A stretch of 64,000 nucleotides of DNA, from positions 56,112,001-56,176,000 of the forward strand of contig CM052817.1 in NCBI GenBank assembly GCA_028534125.1, given 5' to 3'. The stretch comes from Lama glama (Eukaryota). Both the position numbers and the translations under genes were made by a program. A model generated the notes under the pieces. The model had not been told where the DNA came from. It saw only the letters and a list, made by a program, of their open reading frames with translations, and searched no databases. Shown here in pieces: positions 25,071-38,049 of the stretch. Within the stretch, counting starts at the first letter, position 1. Each line of letters begins with the position of its first letter.

Positions 25071-28000
25071 TTACCAAAAATAAACTTTTCTCCCTTAAAA
25101 TTTTCTGTAAACTATGTGTTTAATTTTTGATATATATTTCCATGTGATTTCAACCTATTTCCATATATTACTTAGAAGAAAATTTGATACATTCTTCACA
25201 CTGCAATGAGTTTAGAAAAGCCTGAAACCAAAGGCCAGTATAGATAGGTCCTAATTATTCACAACAATCTAATAGTCTTTGATATGTAAGAAAATTTTTA
25301 ATTTTATTAAAAAGGAAAGATTTTACCTGGATCATGTTTGTAATACTACTAACACTCAAAATATTCAATTAGAATTTATACTTTCAGAATAAAAATTGGA
25401 ATATATGTAATAGGGAAATAGTTCTGTATTAAATATTGGGATTTAGGGCATGTAGTGATCATTTCATAAATTCTGATTCACAGAAATATTTTAGTTCTAA
25501 GACTGACCCCAAATTCTTTAGTATTACACACAAATTTATTTTGTTGGAGATGCCTTTCAAACTTAAAGCAACTCTCTTACCCTCACTTCCTCTCTTTGTC
25601 TCTCTTCATTTCTCATACTGTAGTTCCAATTTATGTAACTTCTGTTATCAACCCAAGTGATTCTTTGTCTCTTATCTGTCTATCTCAGACTCTCTCATTC
25701 TACACTCTAATTAATGTAGCTTTAATTATCAATAATTAACTCCAGATACAAATATCAAAATCTGCTGCCTTTGAAGTGACTTGTTGAAAGCTAAATGACA
25801 GACATGATAGAAATACAAATAAATTGTGTAAGCATAGTTCCTTTTGCCTAGTCTAGGTAATTATTATCACAATTAATAACTTAAAAATTCTTCAGCTCAC
25901 TTTTTGGGAAAGAGTAGTGCTAAAATCAGTAATATCTCCAGAGCTAGACAGATAAAACATAATTGGTAACACCAGAAATAAATATGAGATGTATACAGTA
26001 TAGAGAGCTATATTTTATAAATAATATTAAGTGTATGTATAATATACATAATCATGAGGAAAATGCTCATAGTATTTCATGTCTATTTCATATGGAATAA
26101 TTTTATAGTAAGGATGGTTTCTGCAGATAACCCTCAGCATTTTTTTTCTCACAATATTTTAAAAGATTTCACTACTCATTCAGAGAGCTATAAATGTATT
26201 TCTCACAAATTAGTATTATTCTAATGTGTACAAAATGTATGGTAGAAAGCTACTTGAATTAGCAATAGCATAAATTAAATTCTAAAAAACACCTAATCTG
26301 ATGAGACAAAAGTTGTCACCATCTAAATATAAGTTAGTAGTAAGAAAATTTCTAGCGAACTTATTCTAATACTATGTAAAAACTATCTGTCAATATAGGA
26401 GTGAAGGTTAGAGGAGATATGACAGGAGGCCAAAGAATACATGAGTAATACTTAACTCATCTGACTGTAGATGCCTAGATCTAGTTAAGAGAAGAAAAAG
26501 AATCAAGATATTCTAAATTTAAAGCTCGAAAGACCACTGTTCCTCATCCCTGATGTCCGATCATCTGCTTATAAACCTAGAAACTTGTTACACTTTGGTC
26601 TTGTCAGTTCCTTTCTTCCTCGTGATTTAGTTTGTTTGGAGTTTGGGGAAGATTTCATATTCTTTTTATCTTTCATATCAACTTTGTCCCTTTAATAAAT
26701 CAATAACCTTTCAAAGAAGTCAGGAATTATGTGTTTTTCCCAAGTTTATCCCCCAAAATTGCATTAGATAAAAACACCATGACAAACTAAAAGAAGTACA
26801 GTTAGATCTGAAAATAAAGGTCACACAATAATTCCAATATCCATAAGCATATTTCATTTCCTTATTTTGTAACATAGGCATTGTTCAGGAGATAAACAGA
26901 GTCTCAGAGATTGCCCCCATTATCACATACAGCATAGTAAGTAAAATAATTGAAAATAGAGCCTTGATTTCAGAATTCTATCTTAGGATTTAGATCACCT
27001 TAGTGACTCTAAATGATTGTATTATTATAATATATGACTTTTTGGACCCTGTAAAATAACACTTTGTTAATATGAGAATAATCAGTCCACTGTTTGTGCC
27101 AGATATATAAAGGCCATAAATCCCTCAAATATCTGTTTACCTCATATATCAAATAACTAATTTTACACATAATCTCCAGTTGCTTTACAAGTACCTATTA
27201 GCTCTATTCCTTTATAATGCTGTCTTAGTATCATCATATTTTTACCCACCATCAAACAAAAATCACAGCCTCTATGCTTCTTTGCTTTAGAATTGACTGG
27301 AGAGTTTGAGGCGCTACGCAGATATTAGTTGCACAGATCTTTTTGAAACTTGTCGCATCTGACATAAGCATGACAGTAGGAATTGTAGCAGGGTGATGGT
27401 GATTCCACTGTTGATGCAGTTTTCTTGTCTCTTTGGAAGAAGTAGTACTTCTCTCTAGTTTAGAGTTCAGTGGGTGAGAAAAGATTGAGCTTTTAGTTCA
27501 GAAAGCGCAGGATTATTATCTGATCGCCTCCATGGTAAACTTCAATAACAATTTTTAAGAGTATCTACCAATTCACCCTGCCATATCTGTATCTAGAACA
27601 ATATAGAGAAAACAGTATGATTTATGATACGATTACACGTTTGTCATGTTGCAGTGTTGAGACATCTTTTAGACATGTTTTACAATATCAATGTAAAGGA
27701 GGTCTGGTTTTTTTTTAGATAGCAAAGAATTTTAAGTTTGAAAAGAGCTTAGATATTACAAGTACACTCACCTACAGGTTAAATGGTTTTCCTAAAGTTT
27801 TATAATGCATTAGCGACAGGGGTATGAAAGTAAACCTGGTCTCTTGATTCTAATTTAGACTCTTAATTATTCCACAATCTGCTAATTTATTGGGTACAAT
27901 TTTTAATAAACTTTGAGGAAATCATCAATAGAAGTGAGAAAAATGTTAATAAAAAGATTTGTAACTTAAAGATAAAAGACTAGTAGAAATATCTATCTTG

Positions 28001-28286
28001 GGAAATATTCCCTAAAATCCATTCCATAACTTGCTTTAATCACAGTGGATGGTAGAGTGATTATAACACTATTGTAATTACAAATATTACTATAGACGGT
28101 ATGAAAATAGAGCCTTCTGATGTATAAGAAAACTTCTCCCAAATTGGCAAAGAAAATTCCAAAGTGTAATTACCCTTGTATAGTGGATAAATAAAGAAGA
28201 ATTATTGTGGCAATGAGCTGAATGATCTATAATGCCACCTAATTTCTCATCACTAAATGTTAATGTATCCATGGGGTCACCTATAA

Positions 28287-28920
28287 ATAGATGTGTGGGT
28301 TTATTTCTCTACTGTGTTCCACTGATACACCTGTCCGTTTTTGTGCCAATATCACATTGTTTTGTTTGCTGCAGTTTTGTCATATTGTCTGAAATCTGGA
28401 AGGGTTATTCCTCCAGCTTTGTTCTTTTTCTTCCATATGCTTTGGCAATTCTGGGTCTTTTGTTATTCCATATAAATTTTAGGATTATTTGTTCTAGTTT
28501 TGTGAAGAATGTCCTGGGTAATTTGATAGGGATAACATTAAACCTATAGATTGCTTTGGGTAGTATGGCCATTTTAACAACATTAATTCTTCCAATTTAA
28601 GAGCACAGGATGTCTTTCCATTTCTTTAAATCATCTTTAACTTCCTTAATCAATGTTTTATAGTTCTCTGCATATAAAAATTACACTTCCTTGATCAGGT
28701 TTATTACTAAGTATTTTTTGATCCAATTTTAAAAGGTTTTTTTTTTTTAGTTCCCTTTCTAATATTTCATTGTTAGTGTTAAGAAATGCAACAGATTTCT
28801 GTATCTTAACTGTGTATCCTGCTACCTTGTTGAATTCATATCTCAGCTCCAGTAGTTTTTATGTGGGTCTTTAGGGTTTTCTATATATAATATCATGTCA
28901 TCTGCATATAGTGACAATTT
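28287..28920 (-). mobile_element. Inverted 5' segment of a young L1 (ORF2 RT region)
   Basis: Antisense ORF2 including [18 protein letters not shown], ending abruptly at 28920. Confidence 0.93.
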
Positions 28921-29895
28921 AAACCCAATCCAAAAATGATCAGAAGACCTCAACAAATATTTCTCCAATAAAGACATACAAATGGCTGATAGGCACATGA
29001 ACAAATGCTCAGTATCACTAACTATTAGAGAAATGTAATCAAAACCACAATTAGGTATCACCTCACATCAGTCAAAATGGACATCATTAAAAAATTCACA
29101 AGTGGTAAATGTTGGAGATGGTGTGGGGAAAAGGGAAACCTTCTATGCTGTTAGTGGGAATGTAGTTTGGTGAAGCCATTAGGGAAAACAGTACGGAAAT
29201 CCCCTAAAAAAAACTGAAAACAGACTTACCCTGTGATCCAGCAATCCTACTCCTGGGCATTTATCTTGAGGAAACTCTAATTCGAAAGATACACGGACCT
29301 CAGCGTTCATAGCAGCACTATTTACAATAGCTGACATGGAAACAATCTAAATGTCCATCAACAGATAACTTGAAAAAGAAGCTGTGGTATGTATACAATA
29401 GAATAATACTCAACCATAAAAAATAATAATATAATGCCATTTGCAGCAATATGATCAAACAAGATCATCATACTAAGTGAAATAAGCCAGAAAGAGATAG
29501 AAAAATATCATATGATATCATTTATATATGGAATCTAAAAAGAAAAAAAAACAGGGGACACAAATGAACTTATATACAGAACAAAGACAGACTCACAGAT
29601 CAACAAACATAGAAAACAAACTTATGCTTACCGGAGGAAAGGAGGTGAGAAGGGATATTTTGGGAGTTTGGGATTTGTAGATACTACCTACTTTATATAA
29701 AATAGATAAACAACAAGTTTATCCTGTGTAGCACAGGGAGCTATATTCAATACTTTGTAATAACCTATAATGGAAAAGAATATGAAAAAGAATACATACA
29801 TGAATAACTATGCTGTACAACAGAAATTAACAAAACATTGTAAATCAACTGTACTTCAATACAAATAAATATATATGTAAATAAATGAATAAACT
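28921..29895 (+). mobile_element. Non-inverted 3' segment of the same young L1 (ORF2 C-terminus, 3'UTR, tail)
   Basis: 'aacccaatccaaaaatgatcagaagacctcaac' (NPIQKWAEDLN-like) through 'tgtacttcaatacaaataaat'. Confidence 0.95.
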
Positions 29896-30719
29896 AAAAT
29901 TTGGGGAAAGACAATTTATCGACCATTTAGCATAAATACTTTCCCTTTCCACTAAAATTATTTAATTCCTAAAGCCATGTGAAAATATATTAGTGTCACA
30001 ACAAACACTGCTGTGGGTGGAATTTTGTTGGAAGGCTCCTGAGAGGAGTTACCCTTCTACTTTTCTCACCATTTCCTACACTAGCCCAATTCACAACAGT
30101 GGCAGCTAATCTCTTACATTTTGCAGTATCAATTAAAATCACTGAAATATGGAATAAAGAGTCAGAATATCCAGAGATTCACTTAACACCCAAATCAAAT
30201 AATTAACCCTGAGATTGTAATTGGAGGTATTTCCTGAGGTGACACTTTTCTATATGTAGCTGTCACATAGCCCTTTACTCAGATCTACTAAGAAAGTTAT
30301 TTCACTGGCTATTCTGTGTAGAGTCTTTCAACATGTGTTCTTGATTTATGGGTTCCATCTACTTAATTCCATAGCTAATCATCCCCTATATGTTTTCAGA
30401 AGTGACCCAACTATTTCACCACCCAGCATCTTTGACTATAACACACAATCTCTCTGGCCCCAAACATATTTCCTAAGACTAATGTTCCTAAACTGTCTGA
30501 ATTCCAAGTATTACTGATTTTTCTGTAGTTCATATATATGCTCTTTAATGGGGATATAATGATTTTTCTTTTCCAAATCAGCTTCCTTAGAGCCTGAAAG
30601 ACAGTAAGAGATTCCTAAAGAATCCACAATGAAATGTACTATTTGGCAATGTCACGTATAGAACCAAGTTTCTCTTTCTAGATTTAAGAACTTTTGAAAA
30701 TATTTCCACAAAATTTTCT

Positions 30720-31068
30720 GCAATATGTTGTCATATTTATTCAAAATATCTAGGTATCTCTTCAGTTCTGTACTTACAGAGACTATCTCTATTGGAGGAA
30801 CACACTTATCTCAATGATTTTAGGATTGGACATATTATTGCTTTAGAACAGGAAATATGCACAGAAGTGACATAAGCCACATCTGAGTAGAAGTTCCAAG
30901 AGGCAAGATTAGGGTTTTTCTTTCAGTCTGAATCCTGGATAAAGACTTTCATAAGCAGAGCCAAATTTGATCCATAGCAACATACAACGTGAGCAAGAAA
31001 CAAACTTTTGATATTGTTATATTTTAGGAGTTCTTTAGTACTGCTGCTAACTAGAGAAAGCTAATATA
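30720..31068 (+). mobile_element. MaLR LTR (MLT1H/I-like)
   Basis: 'gaaatatgcacagaagtgacataagccacatctgagtagaagtt', 'gtgagcaagaaacaaacttttg', terminal 'gaaagctaatata'. Confidence 0.7.
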
Positions 31069-32399
31069 TTCATAGTACTTACAATTCATATATGATAATT
31101 ATTTTTGGTGTCTGACATTAATATTGGAAATCCCTTGGCCATTATTTATTCCAATATTTCTTTTTGCTTTATAAATATTTATTTCATTTCATAAATTTTA
31201 ATTCTTATGGTGATCAATGAAAATTTTGGCTAATCTTCAAAACTATTCCAATTAGAGGAATCTGGCTATTGATACTCTCTATAATTCCATGAAGATCTTT
31301 TTGAACATATCTGCTTTGATTAAAATAGAATTGGGAAATTTCTCAGTATGTTTCTTCTCATTTAAATTATATTATTTATCCCTGTAATTTACATTGTCTC
31401 AACTACTATACCTGGGAAATTAACATGCTTTCAGCTTCCTATATTAATATTCTCTGTTCTATGCTCCAGGCCTTCACAAATGTATTTGAATAAATTTCTC
31501 CATTAATATATAGGGATAAAGATAACAATTTTCTCAGAAATAGTAATCAACTTGAAGCTAGAATAGTCAAGATAGTTCATTTGAAAATAAATTTATTATG
31601 TTTTATTTTAGTAAGTTTTCTTACTTATCTTTATTTTAAAAATTACTTTTATATGTAATTTTATGATGATATTATGCAATCAAAAGGTCTAAATTTTTTT
31701 CAATCTTTTCTTGGCAGTTAGTTACCAAGTATCTTTTATATCTCATTGATTTTGCTTGTTCCTGTATTTGTCAAAAAAAAATTTCATGAGCAATATGAAA
31801 AAAATATATATGATTTAGTGATTAATTTATATAATGTTCATAGATGTGTGCATGTTTAAACATGTCTATTATTTATTTCTGCATAATACAAGCATGTATA
31901 TATGCATAAATGGTATCACAAGTTATTATATCCTTTATTCATAGCTATGTAATTGTGCAAATCCGTATTTCCTAAGTAGTATGTTTTCCTTCCTGCACAT
32001 ATGTCAATTTAAGTTTTTTGCAAATCATGTTATTTTTTACTCTTTCTGGAAATGAACAGTAAGCAACCTCCCTAATTGAGAGGTTGTATATCAAAAGTAC
32101 CTTTAATTCTACAGTACAGCCCCACATTCTCAATATTGCTTCTTATCACTGTCATATCCTGGCAGATTTGAATGACAAGTCCAAAAGCTGCCATTTTAAA
32201 TTTTGTGTAAAGAGAGGAAAAAGCAGACAATTTTATAAATAATTTTTCTTGATTTTTACAATAAATGGGATACATGAATTTGCGCAGTCCAGTTAAATTT
32301 ATAATTAGAATGTCATGGATGCATCAAGAAGGATTCAGTAAACACCAAGAAACTACTAAATGTAGTTGAAAGGTTTATGAATATCTAATTAATACCCAC

Positions 32400-32860
32400 T
32401 ACAGAGCCACCTTTAAACTCACATTTACTGAGGGAAATGTAAACTTGCTGAATGCTATTGAGAAAGCAACATTATTTCAAGCTCTAGGCATGAAAGTAGA
32501 GAACATTAATAACCACCTATTTCTGGCTTTAATCCATGCAATTAAAAAGGTCAAAAGTGCTAATGTTGAGAAAGGTCTTCTAGAAAGAGAAGTTGTAGAT
32601 GAGATCCTAATTATCAGTCATCATCCAGAAATGTCCTTACAGCAATTAGCACGCCATCATAAAATAAGTATCTCAGAGGACCTCCAAGAGCACAAGCACA
32701 TTTCGTACCAAAACAAACTCTAATTTTACATTATTAAAGAGATAGGAATAAAGGTGTATTTCATACCTCTAACAACACAATTGTGCTAAAATTTGCAAAA
32801 TATGTTTCATAGATAGGATATGTTTATTCATAATTATATTAAGCAGTAGCTCATATGATA
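32400..32860 (+). mobile_element. Putative ancient Tc1/mariner-superfamily transposase remnant (HTH region and C-terminus)
   Basis: ORF 32445..32723 'EVVDEILIISHHPEMSLQQLARHHKIS...HKHISYQNKL' resembles the P..S.RQLAR..GIS...H.FHPYKIQL motif; by-eye match only. Confidence 0.5.
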
Positions 32861-33544
32861 CTTTACTATTGATGTATCCTTTCAAAAGACGTTCTGTGCA
32901 GGGCACGGTATTTGTAAAAGCAGATGTTTGATTTGAGTTCATTATAATTGTAATCTTTTGGTGATGAAGTAACAAGATTTCTATTTTAATAAAGGAAAGA
33001 CAGGATTATTGTAAAATTTTGTGCTCACAATAAATCTCTAATTTAGAAACGTAGACACAAAAGTTAGAATAAAAAAAAAATGATTCACAGATGTTAGAGG
33101 TTAGAATGATATGATCTCTTCCAAAACTACTTATTAGCAATTTCACAGTTGAAGAAATAAAATAGGCAAAGATATTTAATAATAAATATAGCCATTCATC
33201 AATTCACTTATCTGCTGAGTCTGTATTAAGTTTCAGTTAAGTATACTAGTCACTTATATACTTAATATAGTGTACTAATATTAGGTGTCAATAACAGTAA
33301 TATTTTAAGGGCTATATAAAAATATTACTTAAACCTTTATTAATACACCATTCATTAATCATTTACACTAGTCATTGTGATAACTTCTAGTGATAAAAAT
33401 AAAGACAAGACAAATTCCTTGCCCTTGGGTAGTTCTAATGCTCTCCTTTGTAATATGATAATCACACTGACAGAAGTGTGCTTAAATTTTATCAGAACCC
33501 AAATGTTACTCTGCCCTAGGAGATTCAAGAAAGACTATAGAAGC

Positions 33545-33945
33545 AATATTAGATAATCAATGCAATACCAGATGAGTAATTTCAGCAGAGGTGTGGAAAC
33601 TATATGAAAGAATAAAACTGAAATGCTAGAAATAACAACAAAACACTAACAGAAATGAAAAATTACTTAATAGAGCTATCAATAGACTCAACATTGTTGA
33701 AGAAAAAAATCAGTGAATTTGAAGATAGGTCAATAAAAACCACCCCAAATGCAATGCCAATAAGAAAAAGGTTAAAAAAAAGCAAACAAACAAAAACAAA
33801 ATAACTCACACTATTCAAGACCTGTGACATGCTGTAAAAAAGGATTAATATATGTATAAATGGAATCAGAATGAGAAGACAGAATGAATGAGGAGGAAGA
33901 AATATTGGACAAAATAATAGACAAGAAATTTCCAGTGTCAAACAC
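33545..33945 (+). mobile_element. L1M ORF1 fragment
   Basis: 'aatttcagcagaggtgtggaaactata...gaaatgctagaaataa...atcagtgaatttgaagataggtcaata'. Confidence 0.8.
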
Positions 33946-33989
33946 CAATAATAATTCCTGTTAATATTAGTTAATTACTTAAGATACAG

Positions 33990-34440
33990 CAAGATCTCCC
34001 TTGTATTCTCCCTATAATCAATAATCCCACTCTCATGATGAGAAATCACTAGACAAAGCCAACTCAATGGACATTCTATAAAATGCTGAACTGCATCAAA
34101 AGTGGCAAGTTTAAGAAAAATAATGAAAGGTAAAGAAACACACATATTGGGGCATTATGAGGTCATAATAACTAAATGGAATGTAACATTCAAGATTGAA
34201 TCTTGGCACAGTAAGAGGATATTATTGGGAAAAGCTGGCAAAATTTAAATAATAGCTATAGCTCTATAGCTTAGCTAATAGTATTTTACTGATGTTAATT
34301 TCTTGATTATGATAAATATACCATGGTTATGTAAAGTGAAAACATTAGGGGAGCTGAATAAAATGGTATAAGAGATTATTCTGTACTATCTTTGCAACTT
34401 TTATGTAAATCTAAAATTGTTCCAAAATAAGAAGTTTAAG
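33990..34440 (+). mobile_element. L1MC3-like 3' end
   Basis: 'gacattctataaaatgctga', 'ccatggttatgtaaagtgaaaacattagggga', 'ctgtactatctttgcaacttttatgtaaatctaaaattgttccaaaataa'. Confidence 0.8.
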
Positions 34441-36107
34441 TATTAAAAGATAAATTTGGATATAAAAAATATAAAACAAAGGTTCAAAAAATGGAACTCT
34501 GTAAGTTTTCATTATTCTATAAACCTATACTTTATTTCCATATTTTTCTACTCTAATGGTAATATTTATAAATATAAAAATTCTTTTTGAATTAAAAATG
34601 CTTCTTTATTACCTCTTTTAATTTAATATTCATAATAACTTGTAAGAGTGCAAATCAAAAGCTATTGCCATTGTTGGAAAACATTAAAGTCTAAAAGGAG
34701 AATTAGTTATATACTGAGGAAGTACAAGTTTGATAGAAGGGTTGTAACATAAACAAAAGTTGCAAGTTTAAATGGATTATAGCTGTAAATAAATTTTTTG
34801 ATTATATTACATATACTATTTCTTACTTATATTAAATAAATATTTTGATTATATCACCACAATCTTCTTTATTAGCCAAATGCAACCAGTAATTTAATTA
34901 TATGTAAACATAACCTCAGGAAATATCACAAAAATATGTTCAAATAGTAAAAAGAATTATTAAGTAGAAAGACAGCCATTATAAACCTGTTAACTAAAAC
35001 TCTCTTGTCCAGACTAATTAATGGGCACATAATTCCAGGTTAATATGTGTATGATATAAAACACTATAACAATTACTTGTTTTTATCTAATCTGACAGTA
35101 AGCAAATTTTTAACATTGAAAGAATATCCAGTTTTAGTTCATTTTAGTTATCTATGCATTTTTGTTCCCATTGCATGTTTAATACTCTTAAATAATTGTT
35201 TATGTACTGTAGATTCTACCATTTACACGTCTCTCAAATTATTATCTCTGCTCTCTTCTTGTCAAATCCTATTGAGAACAATAATCTGTTTCAGCAAAGT
35301 TCAGCAGGATGTATGTGAATCAGTAGATATATGGAATATTTGCAGAAACACACCTTTTAGAGACAAAAAGCAAGAGGTATATTTCTCCAAATATCCCTCA
35401 CATCTACTGCTTCATATGTGCCATGCTAATTTTGCTTAAAAAATAATTACAGTATACCAAGAAATAAGTAACATGAGATTTAACAAGTTGGAATATTCTT
35501 TTCGTACTTCTTACCAAAGCTGTTGGAATATCTCCTCTGCTGTCAAAATCTGTAAAAGAATGTAATTCTATCTCACCTGTCTTTTCCATCTATTTTGTTC
35601 TTTAAGATTTTTATTAACTATAATCTTTTCTATTAAGCCTCAATAGCTCCTTAATCTTTCTCCTGGATTATAGTACCCACTGCCTCAGCTATTCTTATTG
35701 TAGCAACTTGCAATGTTTCTTTCATTAATATTTTGTGTTTTATTATTGTTATTTTAGTTGTGTGATCTTGTTTCTTGTTCATGTTGCTATCAACATTATA
35801 ATAGCTCAAAATAAATTTGCATGATAGAATAAAAATACAATGCAAGGCACAAGTAACAGCTGCAGAATACATAATCCACATGGCACAATAATGTTAACGA
35901 GAATGTACTGCATATGTGCATGTTATCAGTGACTCTAGCATATACTGTATGTTAAAAGAGTAATAAGTAAATGAAAAAGTAATTTTGTATATTATCATGA
36001 CATTGACAAACCACTTCAGCAGTAAAACTAGCATTATGTAGGGTTTATCATTTTTTGTGCATACCTAAAATTCTAGGTATTCTAAAATTTCTTTTATTTT
36101 ACATAAA

Positions 36108-36297
36108 AGGAGATTTATTAAAGTGATTGGTTCATAGGGACAAGAAGTCCCACAATCCACAGTTTGAAAGCTAGAGAACCAGGAAAACTGATGGTGTAAA
36201 TCAGTCTGGGAATTGGAGGGGATAATGGTGTAAGTCTTTGTCTTAGTCCAAAAACCTGAGAACCAGGAACACCAATGTCCAAGGGCAGGATAAGATA
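36108..36297 (-). mobile_element. MLT2 (MLT2B-like) LTR fragment
   Basis: 'gagatttatta...aagaagtcccacaatc...aagctagagaaccaggaaaactgatggtgtaa...cctgagaaccagg...agggcaggataaga'. Confidence 0.8.
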
Positions 36298-36369
36298 AAA
36301 AAAATTTAAAATGTCTTTTATCAGAATATTCATTACAAAGACATGTCATAGAAAGTATAATAGACAGAC

Positions 36370-38000
36370 TGCCTATTCCAGCTCTAATTTGAAAGAAGCT
36401 TTAAGTAGTTATCACCAACCTTACAATAAGAAAAAAGCTGAACAAACTGAGCATCAGTAACTTTCTTTGGGGTCATCAGAGAATGGAGTATTCAGGGGAA
36501 ATCCTCATCCTTCAATCTGGAGAGACAAATGAGTTTAGTCACAGCCACAATCCGCTTACCTTGAGTAAAAGCCACTGAACCATAAACTGGTAGGAGCATT
36601 TAAATGGTAGTTCTGATTAAGCTGGAGGGTAGGTGTGGACTAGCTTGAGAGTGAAGAAACTCAGATGGCAGTATTTGCAGGGGGAAGACCCCTTCATAGG
36701 TTTTTATTTCTAAGAACCTTACCACCATCTCATGCTTAAGAGACAAGAAAGATGCTCTCATGAGTATGGCAAAGGATGGAAAAAAGTAAAAGCAAAATAT
36801 GTACAGAATGTCCTTCATAGCAAAAACCTACTCTCCAGGGAGAAAAGACTTTAACAGAGCCTTCTATCAGCTGAGAGAAGGGAATTCCTCCAAGTCCAGA
36901 ACCCTCTAGCCTTCCTATCTCATGTAAAGAGGAAAAAGAGGTAAGAAAGATCTATGAATATCACAACTCAAGGACAGGGGCCTACTAAATGTCTGAGATT
37001 TAGATTATAGGACCTTTCCCTCCTCCATTCTTTACCACCACAACAGGGATCCAGAATAATAAGAGGGATTACAGCTGAAAGGACTGCAAGATTCAAAATC
37101 TACTAGAGGAAAAGTTCGTAGGAAAGTCCAATAACAACAGAGAAGACAAAAACAAGAACACAAGTGAAATTTGAAATCTCTGACACCTCTGCTACAAAAC
37201 ATTGCACACTTTCCAGCTCTGTAGCTAGGTTAATGTAAAACCTCACACTAAAGGCCTGTTTACTCAGTTCCTACTACCTGATGCATCATGTTTGGTTTTC
37301 AAGAAAAAAAATCACAAGGCATGCTAAAATGCAAGTAAAAACCGCAGCCTCAAGAGAAAAAGTAAGTATCAGAATCAGACAGCTATGATCACATTTTGGA
37401 ATTATCAGACAGAGAATTTAAAATAAATAACTATTATTTGTATGTTAAAGACATATTTTAAAAGCAGACAACATGTAGGAACATATGGGTAAAATAAGCA
37501 GGGTAAACTCTAAAAGGAATTAAAAGAAGATGCTAGAAATTATTTTAGAAACTAGAACAAAAGTAAAAAATCCTTTGATGGGCCCTTTAGTAGACCAGAC
37601 AGGCCAAGGAAATAGGAAATGAGCTTCAAGATCAGTCAGTAGAAATTTCTTTGATAAAAATGCAAAGATTAAAAAAAAAAAAAAAGGCCAGAACGTCCAA
37701 GAATCGTGAAACAATTTCAACGGGTATAACATATGTATATTCACAGTACTAGAAAAATAAGAAAGAGGGAACAGAGCAGAAGAAATATTTGAAGTAATAG
37801 CAGCTAAAATTTTTTTCCAAAATTAATTACAGATTCTGAACTTCAGATTCAGAAAGCTCAGAGAACACCAAGTAGGATAAATACCAAAATCAAAACCAAA
37901 ACCAAAACCAAAACAAACAAAAAACAACCCTATAACTAAGTATATCATATTAAATAAACATAAAAAAAGAGGAAGAGAAAATCTTGAAAGACTCCAGAGA
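36370..38000 (+). mobile_element. Old L1M 5'UTR and ORF1
   Basis: 'aaaagctgaacaaactga', 'ttggaattatcagacagagaatttaaaataa', 'cagattcagaaagctcagagaacaccaagtaggataaatacc'; includes (AAAACC)n at about 37890-37920. Confidence 0.8.
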
Positions 38001-38049
38001 GAAGTATAAGAAGGGCACAGAGGGCTTCAGTAAAGTGAAATAAAAAATA

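Noticed and set aside
28843..29061. ORF containing YADD as a novel RT
   Set aside because: Chimera across the L1 inversion junction (antisense C-terminal sequence fused to the RT motif).
35047..35439. 130-aa ORF (similarly 40899..41285 and 23861..24169)
   Set aside because: No recognisable homology and composition typical of AT-rich non-coding DNA; the latter two overlap repeats.
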